From Octopus vulgaris (Eukaryota): a stretch of 64,000 bases of DNA. A program made the translations under genes and the position numbers. This document shows, in pieces, positions 1 to 15,052 of the stretch. How positions within the stretch are numbered: position 1 is the first letter of the stretch; each line of letters begins with the position of its first letter. The notes beneath the pieces are model-generated. The model was given only the letters and a program-made list of their open reading frames with translations, did not search any database and was not told where the DNA came from. The stretch lies in contig OX597821.1 in the NCBI GenBank assembly GCA_951406725.2, positions 69,998,001-70,062,000 on the forward strand, given 5' to 3'.

Positions 1-566
1 AAGCGGCTGAGGACGAATGTTTTCCATAGGACCATCAGTGTCTCCTTCTCTCTTGTTCTGAAAGTTCGGAGAATCCATCCAGCTAGCCGTCTGCATTTTA
101 TCACCAGCTTAGCAATATGCACTTGGAAAGATGCATCATTGCTCATGTCAATGCCCAGGTCACGCACTGATTTTGACTCAAGGATTGCAATTCTTCCTGG
201 GCCAGTGTATCCAGTCTGCACGTCGTTTACCTTTGTGTGCCAGTAGCGCAGGGCCTGGAACTTACCTGCATTAAATTGCATGTTGTTGTCCTCAGCCCAC
301 CTGTATATTGTGTCCAACTCCTGTTGCAGATGCGCAATATTTTCAGGGTTTTGTATTGCGTGGGAGACTTTTGTGTCATCTGCATAGCTAGCAAGGGTGG
401 TCATCGTAGCAACTGAAGGCATGTCTGAAAGGGCTACTATGAACATCAGTGGCCTCAAGACAGTGCCCTGTGGGACACCGCTTGCTATTTGTGTTTCCTT
501 AGAGGTGGCTCCATTGCTCACAACTGCCTGTTTTCTGTCTTTTAGGAAGTTGTGCAGCCACTCTCC
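1..566 (-). mobile_element. CR1/L2-group LINE ORF2 fragment (RT C-terminal half)
   Basis: Minus strand encodes the SGVPQGTVL..LMFIVALSDMP..YADDTKV..NNMQFNAGKFQAL-type RT segment, homologous to 16400-16910. It ends abruptly at a (TA)n tract. Confidence 0.85.
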
Positions 567-621
567 ATATAAATATATATATATATATATGTATAAGTAT
601 GTATAAATATGTATATATATC

Positions 622-652
<31 letters not shown>

Positions 653-737
653 CTATATATATGTATATGTATATATCTATATATATGTATATATATGTAT
701 ATATATATGTACATATATGTATGTATATATATGTACA

Positions 738-779
<42 letters not shown>

Positions 780-902
780 CATATATATCTATATATACAT
801 ATATATATACATATATATCTATATATACATATATATATGTATATATATGTATATATATATATGTGTATATATATATGTGTATATATATTTATATGTGTGT
901 GT

Positions 903-944
<42 letters not shown>

Positions 945-1029
945 ATTTGCCTTGTAAGGTATTTAATATACTTTATTAATATTTTGTGTGGTAGGTGGTC
1001 TGCTTAACAACCACATATATATATTGTTA

Positions 1030-3370
1030 TGCATTTCAGCCCAAAAGCTGCGACCATGTGGCACCGCCAGTAGTATTAACAGATTTTTTAATGACCATTC
1101 TTATATGACTGCCTTTTTGTGAATGATGGAGTTCGATATTTTAGCCCACTTTTGAGCTTCTTGCTGTGATGTAGGCTCATCTGGAACCTTGGGCAGCAGA
1201 AGGTTAAGCGTTTTCTTGAACTCATCTTTTCCGACTCCATGCAGATCCCAAAGCTGTTCTGTAGCCTTGGACATTTGAATCCCATGTTATTGCTGTACAT
1301 AGTCCTCACATTGGATGGGGTGGATTGGACTTTTTGGAACCGTGCAGTGACATCCATTTTGGGGGCTGGTGCAACTCTCGATTCCAAAGTTTGGTGCCAG
1401 CCCCTCCAGGAACTTTCATACAAATATCACTGCACACGTCTACCGTCTTCGCTCCGGGGAGAAGAGTCGTAGCTCTTTCAGTCTCTCCCAGTAGCTCAGC
1501 TGTTCCATTGATGCAATCTTCCTGGTATAATACCACTGAATTGCCCCAAGTTCAGCTATTAATTTGACTCTATAGAATGACCACAGTTGAGAGCAGTAGT
1601 CCAGACAGCTAAGGGCAAGTGTCCACCCTAGAACCAGCATAGTTTCTTGGTCCCTCAGAATTCATCTGGCCATTTGTCTGCACATTGCTGCCATCTTGGC
1701 GATATGCACGTGAAGTGAGGTATCAATCCCCAACTCTTACACTGTAGTTTCAGCTCGTTTTAGTCCAACGTATCTTGTTTTCAGGCGTGTTAGCACAAGC
1801 TGACAGCGGAGAGCTTGGGATTTTGCAGCATTAAACTGCATGTTGTTTTCTTCATTCTATTTATATATGTTATCTAAGTTTTTCTATAGAAGATTAGCAT
1901 CGAGAGGTTCTTTGATTGCTTGAACAGATTTTGTAATGTCAGCATAGCTAGTAAGTGTGGCTACCTGTGTAACTGATGGCATATCGGAAAGATGCCACCA
2001 TAAAGAGCAGCGGCATCCCACTCGCCATTACTGTCTCCTTGGAGAGAGCCCCATTGGCTGCCACAACCTGACTTCTGTATTTTAATAAGTCATGTAACTA
2101 CAATCCCAGTTTTCCGACGATGCCAAGTCTCCGTAGCTTGTAAGATATCATCCCATAATCAACCTTATCAATGGCCTTTGCAAAACAAAGATATATCGCA
2201 TCCACTTTAGGTCGATTCAAAAGTTGTTTCCACTCTCAGTTGTAATGCAGCAAGAGCTGTTTATGATAGCTTCTTCCTGAACGGAAGCGGTGCTGGGTGT
2301 CAGAGAACAAGTCATCACCTTGGAGGAACGTGATCAGCTTCCTCCTGAGAATGCGTTCCATAACCTTGCCGACGTGTGAGTTTAGGAAGATATGACTACA
2401 ATTTTTAGCATTCACTCTGCTACCTCCTTTACGGATAGAACATACACCTTTCGTTGACTTTCTGGGAAGTGTCCCAATTACAAGGGAGTTTGGAATGAGG
2501 ATATGTAGTGGCCTTGCTTGAGCACTTTTCTGTTTCTTTGTGACGATTGCTAGGGTCCATCCGGTCCTGTGGCTGAGTTTAAGCTCATTTCGTCAATGGA
2601 TGATATTACATTAGTTTCCTCTATTTCGATGTTATCAATAATTGCCAACTCTTTGTGTAGAGATGTGGTGCTGAAGAACTCATCAAGCAAGTTTTCCAAC
2701 TGAGGTGTAGAAACGTTTTAGTATTGCTTATTCAGTATTTCACTTATCCTCTGAAGGTCTGCACTCGGTGATCTATTTTCTTCGAACAGTGGTTCTATCT
2801 TGTACCGTACTGAAGCAGACTCTTTTACAAATCTCTAGAACCCTTTAGGGTTTGTCATCCCTAGTTTCCTTCTCTGCTCTCTGCTTTTCACGGGAGTGTT
2901 TGAGTTTCAATCTCAAGCAATATTTGATTTAGGTGGGATCATATGCTATTCTTCAGTGACCCTTTTAGAAGGTTTGAGATTTTTGCTTGTCATCACATTA
3001 GAATCTTCCTATCTTCTGGAAAGGATATGTGTGCTTCTTGTAGCCTGCATGCCTGCAGTTTCCTGCGGACCAAACATCGATAGGTCTATCAAGTTATGGT
3101 CCTAGAAATTAGTCGGTGTCACCTTAGCATTAAGGATAATCGCTGTTACTTGTGAAGCAGAGATCCAGAATACTTTTGCCCCTTGTTCGGTGGAGCACAA
3201 TTGCACCATAAAATGCATATTTGCAAAGTCAAGCAGAGATTACGTTTGCCTCTGTTCATGCTGTCATGCAGTGAAATACCTGAGAAATGGTTGCCTTCAG
3301 GTCATTCGACATTAGGGAGGTTGAAGTCACTTGAAATATATGGAGGCTGTCATTTAGGTTGCTTAATATT
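1030..3370 (-). mobile_element. Decayed CR1/L2-group LINE with intact 3' end
   Basis: Fragmented ORF2 (LDYCSQLWS..LSYWERLKELRLFSPERRR; FAKAIDKVDYG; QHRFRSGRS). 3' tail motif GGCGGTGC..CATGGTCGCAGC..GCTGAAA at ~1034-1068. The 5' part (2900-3370) is weakly ORF1-like. Confidence 0.8.
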
Positions 3371-3374
3371 TCTA

Positions 3375-3495
<121 letters not shown>

Positions 3496-4139
3496 GTACT
3501 CCACTTTTTAAATCTTTGTTTTACTATCAACTGAATGATATTCCCTTTACCACTGGCGGACTCTAAATGCGCCGAAACTCTGATAACTCTTGTTTCCATG
3601 AACGATGAAAGCATCTCCATATATATATATATATACATATATACATATACGTTTAAATTTCAAACAGAGCGCTTCATGCACAAAAACGCAAAAGTAAATA
3701 TTGTTAAGAATTATCTCTAATTGTAAAATGTAGGCTTTTCGTTTAGCGCGACTCAGTTTACTTATTCATTTATCGTATATATAAACTTGATGTTTTTAGG
3801 ATTGAATAGTGTTCTTTAAACGCAGATCAAGCGTGCAAAAAATGATTTTGTCCGACATGATAAGTGTTTGATAGGTGAATGCTAATTGTGGGTGTGGCGA
3901 AAACAACAGTCGTGCTTAATTACTGTTTAAAACATGCTGACTGGTCAACAACAAGCAGAAAAGGACTGACGCACGTCAGGGTGTTGCTGTGTAAATATTT
4001 AGGGATTGCTTACTATTCTATGAGCATAAATGGACAAAATTACATACATACATACGTGCACACATACACACACACACATACGTACATACACACATGCACA
4101 CACACACTCACACACACATACATACATACGTACATACAT

Positions 4140-4295
4140 GCGCTACAAATGATCACAATATCTGGGACTATAAAAATCTGCAAGATCTTAAGATTTAAAA
4201 GATGATCGTTGAAACAAATCACTTTCCTTCATAACCCGGCTACCATGTAGGCGGACGGTTAAAATTTGTTCTAAATTAAAAAGAGAAATAGAACG
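4140..4295 (+). mobile_element. 3' end of an RLE-type non-LTR retrotransposon flanked by (ACAT)n
   Basis: Encodes ALQMITISGTIKICKILRFKR*, homologous to LQIQFITGTIKICKTFQKFII* at 58.8 kb. (ACAT)n lies on both sides. Confidence 0.6.
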
Positions 4296-4419
4296 TACAT
4301 ACATACATACATACACCAACAAAAGTCCAGAAAAAAGAGAGTGTTTATTGTGAATTAATGTGGAAATTACAGCTCTTGCACGTGACACTGTTATGGCGAG
4401 GGTGGTATCCAGTTGATCC

Positions 4420-4650
4420 AGGCGGCGAGCTGGCAGAAACGTTAGCACGCCGGGCGAAATGCTTAGCGGTATTTCGTCTGCGTTACGTTGTGAGTTCAAA
4501 TTCCGCCGAGGTCGACTTTGCCTTTCATCCTTTCGGGGTCGATAAATTAAGTACCAGTTACGCACTGGGGTCGATGTAATCGACTTAATACATACGTCTG
4601 TCCTTGTTTGTCCCCTCTGTGTTTAGCCCCTTGTGGGTAATAAAGAAATC
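4420..4650 (+). mobile_element. tRNA-derived SINE with Nin/Deu-like central domain, full length, with 16-bp TSD
   Basis: A-box-like GAGCTGGCAGAA, B-box-like GAGTTCAAATTCC, and central GCCTTTCATCCTTTCGGGGTCGATAAATTAAGTACC. Direct repeat GGTATCCAGTTGATCC at 4404-4419 and 4651-4666. Confidence 0.88.
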
Positions 4651-4736
4651 GGTATCCAGTTGATCCGATGAAAGGGACAGGCTGCTCTTGGAATTAACGT
4701 ACAAGTGGCTAAGCACTCCATAGACACGCATACCCT

Positions 4737-4945
4737 GACATATTTCCCAGCCAGGACTGGGCAGCCAGAAACAACATCATCAATTGTGTCTGTGAATTTT
4801 CTGCAAATTCTGCACGACGGGTCAGATCCATATTTAAGGGCGTTTGCATGGTAGTTTCTGGTAGGTAAGCTCTGATCTTGCGCTGCAATAACAAAACCTT
4901 CTGTTTCTCCTTTCAGACTTGTCCTTGTAGCCATTGATGTGTTAA
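4737..4945 (-). mobile_element. R4/Dong-like RLE LINE fragment (CCHC zinc-knuckle region)
   Basis: LKGETEGFVIAAQDQSLPTRNY..CRIC..TIDDVVSGCPVLA; the 5' side runs into (ATT)n. Confidence 0.8.
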
Positions 4946-4971
4946 ATTTTAATCAATTATTATTATTATTA

Positions 4972-5177
<206 letters not shown>

Positions 5178-5178
5178 T

Positions 5179-5400
5179 AGGTGGTGAGCTGGCAGAACCG
5201 TTAGCACGCCGGACGGAATGCTTAGCGCCATTTCGTCTGTCTTTAAGTTCTGAGTTCAAATGCTGCCGAGGTCGACTTTGCCATTGACTCTTTCGGAGTC
5301 GATAAATTAAGTACCAGTCAGGTACTTAATCTATCGACCCCGAAAGGAGTCAGGTACTCCCAACAAAAATCCAGGCCTTAAACCTATAGTAGAAAGGATT
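5179..5400 (+). mobile_element. Nin/Deu-domain tRNA SINE with internal fold-back, flanked by (ATT)n
   Basis: Same head as 4420; tail ..CCTATAGTAGAAAGG(ATT)n; inverted duplication at 5285-5352. Confidence 0.8.
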
Positions 5401-5562
5401 ATTATTATTTTTTTTTTTCTTCTTTCAAATTTGCTTCCATTTCTTGCCGAGCGTCTTCCCGACTCCTAGGGCAAAGAAACTCATAGTATACATTGGTAGG
5501 CCATTAAACTAAACTCATTTTTTTTTAAGGTTAAATTAATTATTTATTAATTAAATTTATTA

Positions 5563-5642
<80 letters not shown>

Positions 5643-5669
5643 TTTGTTGTTGTTGTTGTTGTTGTTGTT

Positions 5670-6178
5670 ATGAAAGACTCTGATAGTCCTTGATTACCGG
5701 TTATTCTTTACTTGAAAGCGGGCAATAACAAATCAGCAAAGGTTTTAAGTTGTGCCTTTTCTTGTGACTCAAAGAGACAATACTCTCCTTAGAATGCGAG
5801 TTGTACCCAACAATACCGTCTTCTGGATCACCTCGAGCCTGACAGCAGCTCCAATATTCCCTTGGAAACTACTCTTAATGCTCCAATCACCATGGTATCA
5901 CCATTATTTTCCTCATGCCCCATAACTTTCTCATCTCGTCCCGCAGTAGCTGCTATTTCTCAATCTGTTCTGTTTCCTTACTTTTCACCCCCGAATCGCT
6001 TAGTATTGCAACATCTATTACCTTTGCTTCTTTTTCCTCTTTATGGATGATCCCGACTTCTGATCGTGTCGCCTCTGTGACTTGGTCGCACTCAATGTTA
6101 AACTCCCAGAGTATCTTGTGATGTTCGTTTTTCATTACACTCTCTGGCTTGTGTTCATATCATTGTTCGGCTCTCTCG
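5670..6178 (-). mobile_element. R4/Dong-like RLE LINE 3' fragment (diverged subfamily)
   Basis: KILWEFNIECD..VIDVAI..KETEQIEK followed by VIGALR..IQKTVLLGTTRILRRVL; flanked by (ATT)n/(GTT)n. Confidence 0.75.
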
Positions 6179-6203
6179 ATTATTATTATCATCATCATCA
6201 TCA

Positions 6204-7249
<1,046 letters not shown>

Positions 7250-7256
7250 TATTATT

Positions 7257-7587
<331 letters not shown>

Positions 7588-7603
7588 TGCAGTAGTAGTA
7601 GTT

Positions 7604-9010
7604 GTATCAAACTCTAGATAATGCGACATACAGCTTACCATGTGAGAAGAACTGTGTCGGAAGAGACATTCCAATTTGTTCAAAAGTCTGTCTCTGTGCT
7701 TTGTTGTACGTCAAGGCAAACGCTGGCTTGATAGGAAATTGTTTTCGGGTAAATGGAAATGGAAATTCCATTTCTTGAGATACATGTGGCATTCCTGGGA
7801 TTAGCAGAGTTGATCCTGCATAAGGACCAGATGGAACCTCAGCCTCAATAACATGATCATGTAAAGTGACACGGATATAGCGTGTGCCATTGCAATGTCC
7901 ATTAGTAGCATTATCCATTGTTTTTCTTCTTCCGTTTGAGAATATGTGATGGAAACCCTGATGGTGTAAGTTTGGTGATGAACTCAATTGAAACTACAGA
8001 GTTTCATTTTCAAGTGTATCTGAGCTTCTGTATATTTTTAGCTCACCAGGGATCCTGGTCAACAGAAAATCATTCGCAAATTGTGCTGCTTCATTTGTTG
8101 GAGTAACGATGGTTCAAAATGCAAGCCACACAGGGTTTGTGAAGTTACCTTTGAGGTCAGCGTATACAAAATCACATAGATATGAAAGAGTAACACTTTC
8201 AAGGCAAGGGCTATTGGGTAGTTTGATTTTGAATTCACCTAGGCTTTGTTCAACAGAAATGTTTTCATTTCCTACACCAAGAAGGTAATTAGCAAACTCT
8301 CTTTCATCAGAATGACCTTCTGTAAGAAGTCTTAGACTGGCTGTCAACTCCACTACTTCCACATGATCGCAAAGAAAAGATCTCTTTAGTGTTGCATCAA
8401 CAATTTGTGATCTGACACCATTATTTTGAAGTAGAATATTCTCCTCTCAAGGTACCCTAACCAGTCGGTTATGTGTAGTGGAAACAGAACCATGTCTACG
8501 TCTCCGTGCATATTTAGGTATCTGTTTCAGTCGCTTTGTCCTGGTTTTATCTGATTCAGTTTCTCGTCTTTCTCTCTGTCGTTGTACCTTTGCTGCTAAA
8601 TTTTCTTTTTCAATCGGACATGGGCGATCGTTGTATTCTTTCTTGTCTTGAGGTTCACAGCCAAACGGCTGGGTGGATTCGCATGAAAAATGGCACATAT
8701 ATGGAGACAGGTGCATTGATTGGAATGCAGTTTATATTTTTTTCTTAACCCCCATACTTACCGAGAAAATCAATTAAAACTTTTTCTAATGGAATTTCCC
8801 TCTTTCTTCTGTCTTTAAAACAACCAGTTACTTAGAAGCTGTTTTCTGACGAGGTGGGGTCAGGAAATTTTCATATAGTTGGAGGCTCCAATCGAAACAG
8901 GAGACCCGAAATGATAAGGTTGACAAACGCTGTTATAGATTATGCCTAACCGAAAACGATCACAGCCACATCATCCAAACAGACCGGATGAAACCGGGCT
9001 TAGCTGCTGG
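7604..9010 (-). mobile_element. Internally deleted Helitron (RepHel N-terminus plus Pif1-type helicase relic)
   Basis: Helicase motifs GHCNGTRY, RKQFPIKPAFALTYNKAQRQT, FSHGKLYVALSRV and FANYLLGVGNE. Basic N-terminal RERRETESDKTRTKRL. Frameshifts and stops; no Rep (HUH) domain visible. Confidence 0.85.
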
Positions 9011-9590
9011 TTGTATATAAATGAAAGCTCGTTAAAAACTATCTTGTTTAGCGTGCTAGAAATAGCAGTGACCACATACTTATTATTGTAAGGCTTATAG
9101 CATTCCAAGTAGCCATACCAAAAGAATCACTTCTTTATTGAAATAAATAATAATTATGCCGGTGTATTAGAGAATTTTCGTTTTATCAAAAATATTAATT
9201 TAACAAACTCCGGAAACTGATAATATTCTTGGAATTGTGTCTCGTATCAAAGTTATAGAGCTATTATCAAATTATGATTAATGAAAATAGAGAATCAGAG
9301 ACTGTTGTAATTAAAGACGTAAAATGCTGCCCGCAACGAAATCTACTCGGCAGTGCATGCAATGAATATTTAAGTTTGCGAGAATTTGGAGTTTAAAATA
9401 TTCGACAAAATTCAGAAATCGAAATTATAGGCAAATTCTTAGAACGTGAATTTATAAAAATATCTCCAGACGCTCAAGCTTTTAATAATTGCTTCGTTTT
9501 AGTACTTTTAGTAATTGTTACATACCTAATTAGTAAGCAGCGCTCTCCATTATAGTATAGATTATTATTATTATTATTATTATTATTATT

Positions 9591-10100
9591 GAGTGAAAGA
9601 GCAGTGCATGCCATCAAAGTGACACTGGGGTAAAATATACGACGCCCATCATGACTATCCGTCTGATAAGGGTACACTAGGCACATGCTTCACAACCATA
9701 TGTGCGCGACATGGTGATCTCATATCAAGATAAACAGCGCATGACCTTGTAAGTGGGGCCCAGTTGGAATTTTCTTCTGGTCAAGTAGACCATCCCGCTC
9801 AAAAGGTCCCTGAATTAGGATTGTTTAAGGTTGTTGAATGAAACACCCATGTGTTTCAAATTCCAAAGAATCCCTCTCAACACATAGCTATAATGCTCCC
9901 CCACTACTTCTGCTTGTGATCAGAGATGCACATTTCGTCAGCCACTAAGGGACAAGCTCAGCTGGTGAAGGTCAAACAACTGACAAGCAAATCTGTGGTA
10001 TTGAGCAGAATATTTGCTGTAGCCCAACTTTTATACCAAGGCGAAACAATGTACAACGATAACACTTCCAATCAGTTAAGATCAGAAGCCATGAGAACCA
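9591..10100. mobile_element. Non-coding ~510-bp interspersed element flanked by (ATT)n, adjoining a Dong-like copy
   Basis: Complex sequence sharply bounded by (ATT)n on both sides with no coding similarity seen. It could be a UTR or a non-autonomous partner of the (TAA)n-targeting LINEs. Confidence 0.45.
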
Positions 10101-10119
10101 TATTATTGTTATTATTATT

Positions 10120-10984
10120 CTATGTTTGACTTTTGCTTTATATTTGTACAAGTTGGCTCCAAGTCTCACCCAGAGACCTCAAGAAACAACAGGTTGGAAG
10201 TTCACGTTGTTGTTATGCCTAGTGTGCCATATATTTGTTTTTTTTGGTGTTGTACTAGTGAATGTCTTTAAAAAAACCCGAAAATTATGTTTGTTTTAAA
10301 CCTTGAGATTACATAGAAAGTATTTTACGTAGGCTATGAGCAGTTCCCATGAGCACTATCTTTTGAATTTCTGCCATTTTGGGGTTTCCTGGTATCTGAG
10401 TTAGGTAGCAATCAGCCCCTTTTGCTATCATTCTCAGGGCACCTATGACTAGCGGTATTGTTTTAGTCTTCAGGTTCCACATTTTGCTTATTTCTATTTC
10501 AAGATCTTTATATTTGCTCAGTTTTTGGTAGGTCCTAACAGATACGTTTATACCGATTGGGACAGTCATATCAATGAGGAGGCATGGTCTTTGTCTGAAG
10601 TCTTTCAATATGATGTCTGGCCTATTTGCATCTATCTTTCTGTCAGTTTGAATGGTGAAGTTCCAGAGCACTGGAGGTGGTTTGTGTTCCCACCAGTTTT
10701 TTTCATGAGGCAAATCCAGGTTTTTGCAAATTACATAGTAAATATATTGTGCAGCTCTATCATGCCTGTTGAGATACTCTGTAGGCGCTAGAAGACTGCA
10801 CTTGGAGACAATATGATCAATGGTTTCATTTTGTTGTTGACATACACGACATGTTGGGCTACTGCCGTTCTTTAATATGTTGGCCTGGTAGTTTCTTGTT
10901 GGTAGGCTTTGATCTTGAGCTGCCATGATAAACCCCTGTTTCAGATTTTAAGCCAGAGGCCATTAGCCATTGATGGGTCAGGGC

Positions 10985-10987
<3 letters not shown>
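10120..10987 (-). mobile_element. 5'-truncated R4/Dong-like RLE LINE inserted in (TAA)n
   Basis: 205-aa ORF 10309-10926 with QDQSLPTRNY, CRVC..ETIDHIVSKC, RHD and RPDII. The 3' end is identical to the copy at 6338; both ends lie in (ATT)n. Confidence 0.92.
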
Positions 10988-11083
<96 letters not shown>

Positions 11084-11388
11084 TGTCATCGCCATCATCA
11101 TCATCACCATCTTTAACCAGTGACTATGACTTCAAAAACATGCCAGCAATCATTCATAGTGTGTATATGTGTGTGCGTGAGCATGTGTGTCTGAGTATCT
11201 GTATGCGTGTATTTATTATATACACGCTTATATACACGCAGTAGGATACATACAGTAATATATATACAGTAGTATATATGCATCAGTATATATACAGTAT
11301 TATATATACAATATTGTATTTACAGTATTATATAGATATCGTATTATATATACAGTAGTATATATAGTATTGTGTATATATATATATA

Positions 11389-12114
11389 CTAGCATTAAAG
11401 ACCCGTCGTTGCCGGGTCATAGTGCTAGTGCATGTATATATGTGTATATATATGTGTACATATTACATGTACATCTATATATATACATCTACACATAAAA
11501 TGCAAAATACAAAGTTATATCTTGATATCGCTAGTGATAACAATACACAAAATATATAACAGACTGGCTGGAATTGTTAGCTCTTCTTTTTTTTCTACAT
11601 TGCATACTTTATAGACAATAGTCTTTTCTTTAATTTAATTTTTTATTATCCATCTGGACTATTCCATTTCTGCACGCTAATTTTATTTTTAATTTATTCC
11701 CATTCATGTGAAACCACTTATTCAAGTTCAAATCATTGATGCAATTTTATACCAATTGCTATTTTTACTTTTGTATGTTACGATTATATTATACTTTAGT
11801 TTGATTGATTATTACTTACTACATATAATTCAATTGTTATTATTATTTTTATTGTTAAAGTGAAAGCATCTGACATAAAATAGAGAAATATGTTTGTTTC
11901 ACTTTTAACAAGTAATACTGAAATAGTGGAGAAGATATGATATTGCTATGGGCTCACTCTAGGCAAGAAGCTGAACATTTTTTTTTTGCCCATGAAACTA
12001 CTTGACCCTAAGTAAGGCATGTGTAAAATTTGAATGAAATTGGTTGTGTAGTTCTCAAGTTTTAGGGAAACAGACAGACAGACACATATTCTCAGTTTTA
12101 TATATATATAAAGA
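11389..12114 (-). mobile_element. Non-autonomous Helitron
   Basis: Minus strand begins A|TC-TTTATATATA..(CTGT)n and ends with hairpin ACCCG-GCAACGA-CGGGT followed by CTAG|T, i.e. inserted at an A^T site with no TSD. Confidence 0.75.
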
Positions 12115-12171
12115 TATATATATATATATATAGTATTATATATACAGTATTATATACTGCATTATATGTAG

Positions 12172-12227
<56 letters not shown>

Positions 12228-12859
12228 TTATACACACAGTATTCTACATAGATTATTATATTTAGTTAATGTTAATAAAACTTGTTCCTTAACTTATATT
12301 TTCATTTATTCCTATTCTTTCACTTGTTTCAGTCATTAGACTGCGGCCACGCTGGAGCACCGCCTTGATGAATTTTAGTCGAGTGAATCGACACCAGTAC
12401 TGATTTGATTTCAAAACCTGGTATTTATTCTGTTGTTCTCTTTTGCTGAACCGCTACGTTATGGGGATGTAAACACACCAAAATCGGTTGTCAAGCAGTG
12501 GTCGGAAATAAATTTCTTCCCACACAGCCCCTCCGGCGCCTGTTTCTCACAGTAATAGTAAGAGTAATGTTTATGTAGAGTTTTTCATGAATTTTGTGAG
12601 GTGCTACAATAATTTAAAATTTGATGATCTGATATCCGGAAACATCAATTATCCGGCAATCGTCCATTCTCAGAATTGCCGGTTAAGAGGGAGTCTGCTT
12701 GATCTTATTTCATTTTATTCCCTTATCTGTGAATGCATTGCATTGTGGTAGTGCGTACGCATGCGTTTATTCTTGCCTGTTATGTGTGTGTGTATGTACA
12801 CGTGTACAGTATGTTATTGACTATGTCTATATATTGCGTATGTATTAAAAGTAAGTAAC

Positions 12860-13106
12860 ACCTTGTGTTCTCGGAGTCGCAGAAGCGGTCAGCCGGTTTC
12901 CCTGGCGTACGAGTGACCAAGATCACAACATCGCCTCTGAATGGGACGTCAGTCCGTCGCAGAGGGACACATTTTCAGCTGAGGGGTTTTGAAAGATATT
13001 AAATAAAGTGTTTTCGCTGGAGAACACAACACACCGCTCCGCCTGGGAAGCGAAACCACAATGATGCGTTCGTAAGGGCAACTTCCTAACCAAAAGGCCA
13101 CGCGTG
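12860..13106 (-). mobile_element. Degenerate tRNA-derived SINE (Meta-domain-like)
   Basis: Reverse-complemented tRNA head (CCTAACCAAAAGGCCACGCG, GCGAAACCAC) and central TGAATGGGACGTCAGTCCGTCGCAG. Confidence 0.55.
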
Positions 13107-13414
13107 GGAACAACTTCCTAACGAGGTGGCTGAGTTGTTAGAGTGCGGGAAGGTTTTGTTGTGATTCTTTACTTTCTGAGTTCAAATCACGTCCAAGTGA
13201 AGTTTTCCTTTCATCTCCTCTGAGAGCATCGGCCAAGTGCCGAGATCAATGGCATCGTCCAATTCCTTTCCCTAATGATTACTCTTCTATCTATGATATG
13301 AGTTTATATTTTTGTGCGTATTTGTGTGTGTTTCTTCGCTACTGAGCATGCGCTCGCGGAAGATGCGTCATTAAGCATTTTCTGTTTTTTTTTTTTTCGC
13401 AACGTCTGTATCTA

Positions 13415-13655
13415 TGGACGTAGTGTGGTAAGAAGTCTCCTTGCGTATCACATGGTTCCGGGTTCAATCTCATTGCGTGACACCTTCGGCAAGTGTCTGC
13501 TACTAAAGCCTCGGGTCGACCAAAGCCTTGTGAATAAAAAAGAAAGAAAGAAAGAAAGAAAGAAACTCAGCTGGGGTCGATTCGTTCGACTAAAATTATT
13601 CCAAGCGGTGCCCCAGCATGGCCGTAATCTAATGACTGAAGCAAGTAAAAAATAA
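13415..13655 (+). mobile_element. CORE-type tRNA SINE, internally deleted
   Basis: Head GTGTGGTAAG..CATGGTTCCGGGTTCAATC, CORE-like CACCTTCGGCAAGTG, tail GCGGTGCCCCAGCATGGCCG..ATGACTGAAGCAAG. Confidence 0.75.
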
Positions 13656-14877
13656 AAGGTAACAGATCACCTGAATGTATGTGTGTGAGTGTATGCATGA
13701 TTAGCTATTGTGTATGCGCTTGTGAGAAATTGCATGTATACTACGTGTGTGTGTTTGTGTGTGTACCCATCCAAGTGTATGTAGATGTTCGAGTGTGTGT
13801 TTATGCATGTGTGTGTTTCGTCGAACTCCATGTATTTCCACATGTGTTTGTGCGTCGTGCAAACATATACACACGCTTGTATATGTCTCTATGTGTCAAC
13901 TGATGTATGTTACATGTCCGTGTCAATCATTGGAGAGGTAGATGCGGCGTGTGTGCGTATATTTGCCCAGCTATACGTGGGTCTGTATGAGGATATATGT
14001 AACTGTGCCGAAATAAACGTAAGAATGTGTATGTACATGTGTATATGTATGGCACTGTGTCTGAGTGTTCAAAGGTAGAGGCCCAGTTGAGTATATGATG
14101 GTGTATAACGCCTTAGATATCAAAATCTATGTATAAGTATATTGTCTGTGTTAGCATGCTCTGTACAGTGCCTGGGTTTGAAAGAAAGTATATGTGTATG
14201 AGATCGTAGACATTAACGTGTCAGTTTACCTCTATGGATTGTCTCAGAGATATGGTCACGTCACATTACAATTATGCCATTAACTTACGACGTGTGGCAA
14301 TGAAATGGCGAAGACCTCCCACGTTGATTGGTTGTTGGGTTTCGGGCGCTCTGTTCTTTAGTTGGATGTTTGAAGTTGTGAGACGATGTGTTTACACACA
14401 GAGACAGCTAGCAATGCAGTAAGGCGATACACACTGCCACATATAATACCTATATACTATATGTATATATTTATATATATTCAGAATATGTATATATGTA
14501 GATGTATATGTGTATGTGTATAAAACAAAAGAACAATGGACAGGCAGTGGTGAATGGTATCTAAGCATTTATAAAATACTGATACAGAAGTGAGTGTAAA
14601 TATAATTAAACAGAAAAGATACGTACAAACATACATATCTGTTACTTGTTTCAGTCATCTGACTGCGGCCACACTGGAGCACTGGCTTAAAAGGCTTCTA
14701 ATCGCAGAAACAGAATCCGGGGCTTATTGTTGTAAGCTTACTACTTATACTATCGGTAGTTTTTGCTGAACTTCTAACTTACGGAGGCGTAAACACACCA
14801 ACATCAGTTGTCAAGCGATAGTTGCCGAAAAAATTCAGACACTAACAAACACACACACACACATATATATATATACA

Positions 14878-14929
<52 letters not shown>

Positions 14930-14936
14930 ATACACA

Positions 14937-15052
<116 letters not shown>

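Noticed and set aside
499-1007. Many ORFs rich in Y/I/C/V/H/T (also at 21-23 kb, 30.8 kb, 33 kb, 41 kb and 52-54 kb)
   Set aside because: They are translations of (TA)n/(TG)n/(TATC)n microsatellites, which lack stop codons by composition.
9054-9067. GCTAGAAATAGC identical to the Cas9 sgRNA tetraloop
   Set aside because: Short coincidental GNRA hairpin in a eukaryotic repeat; no CRISPR repeat-spacer array or cas genes in the window.
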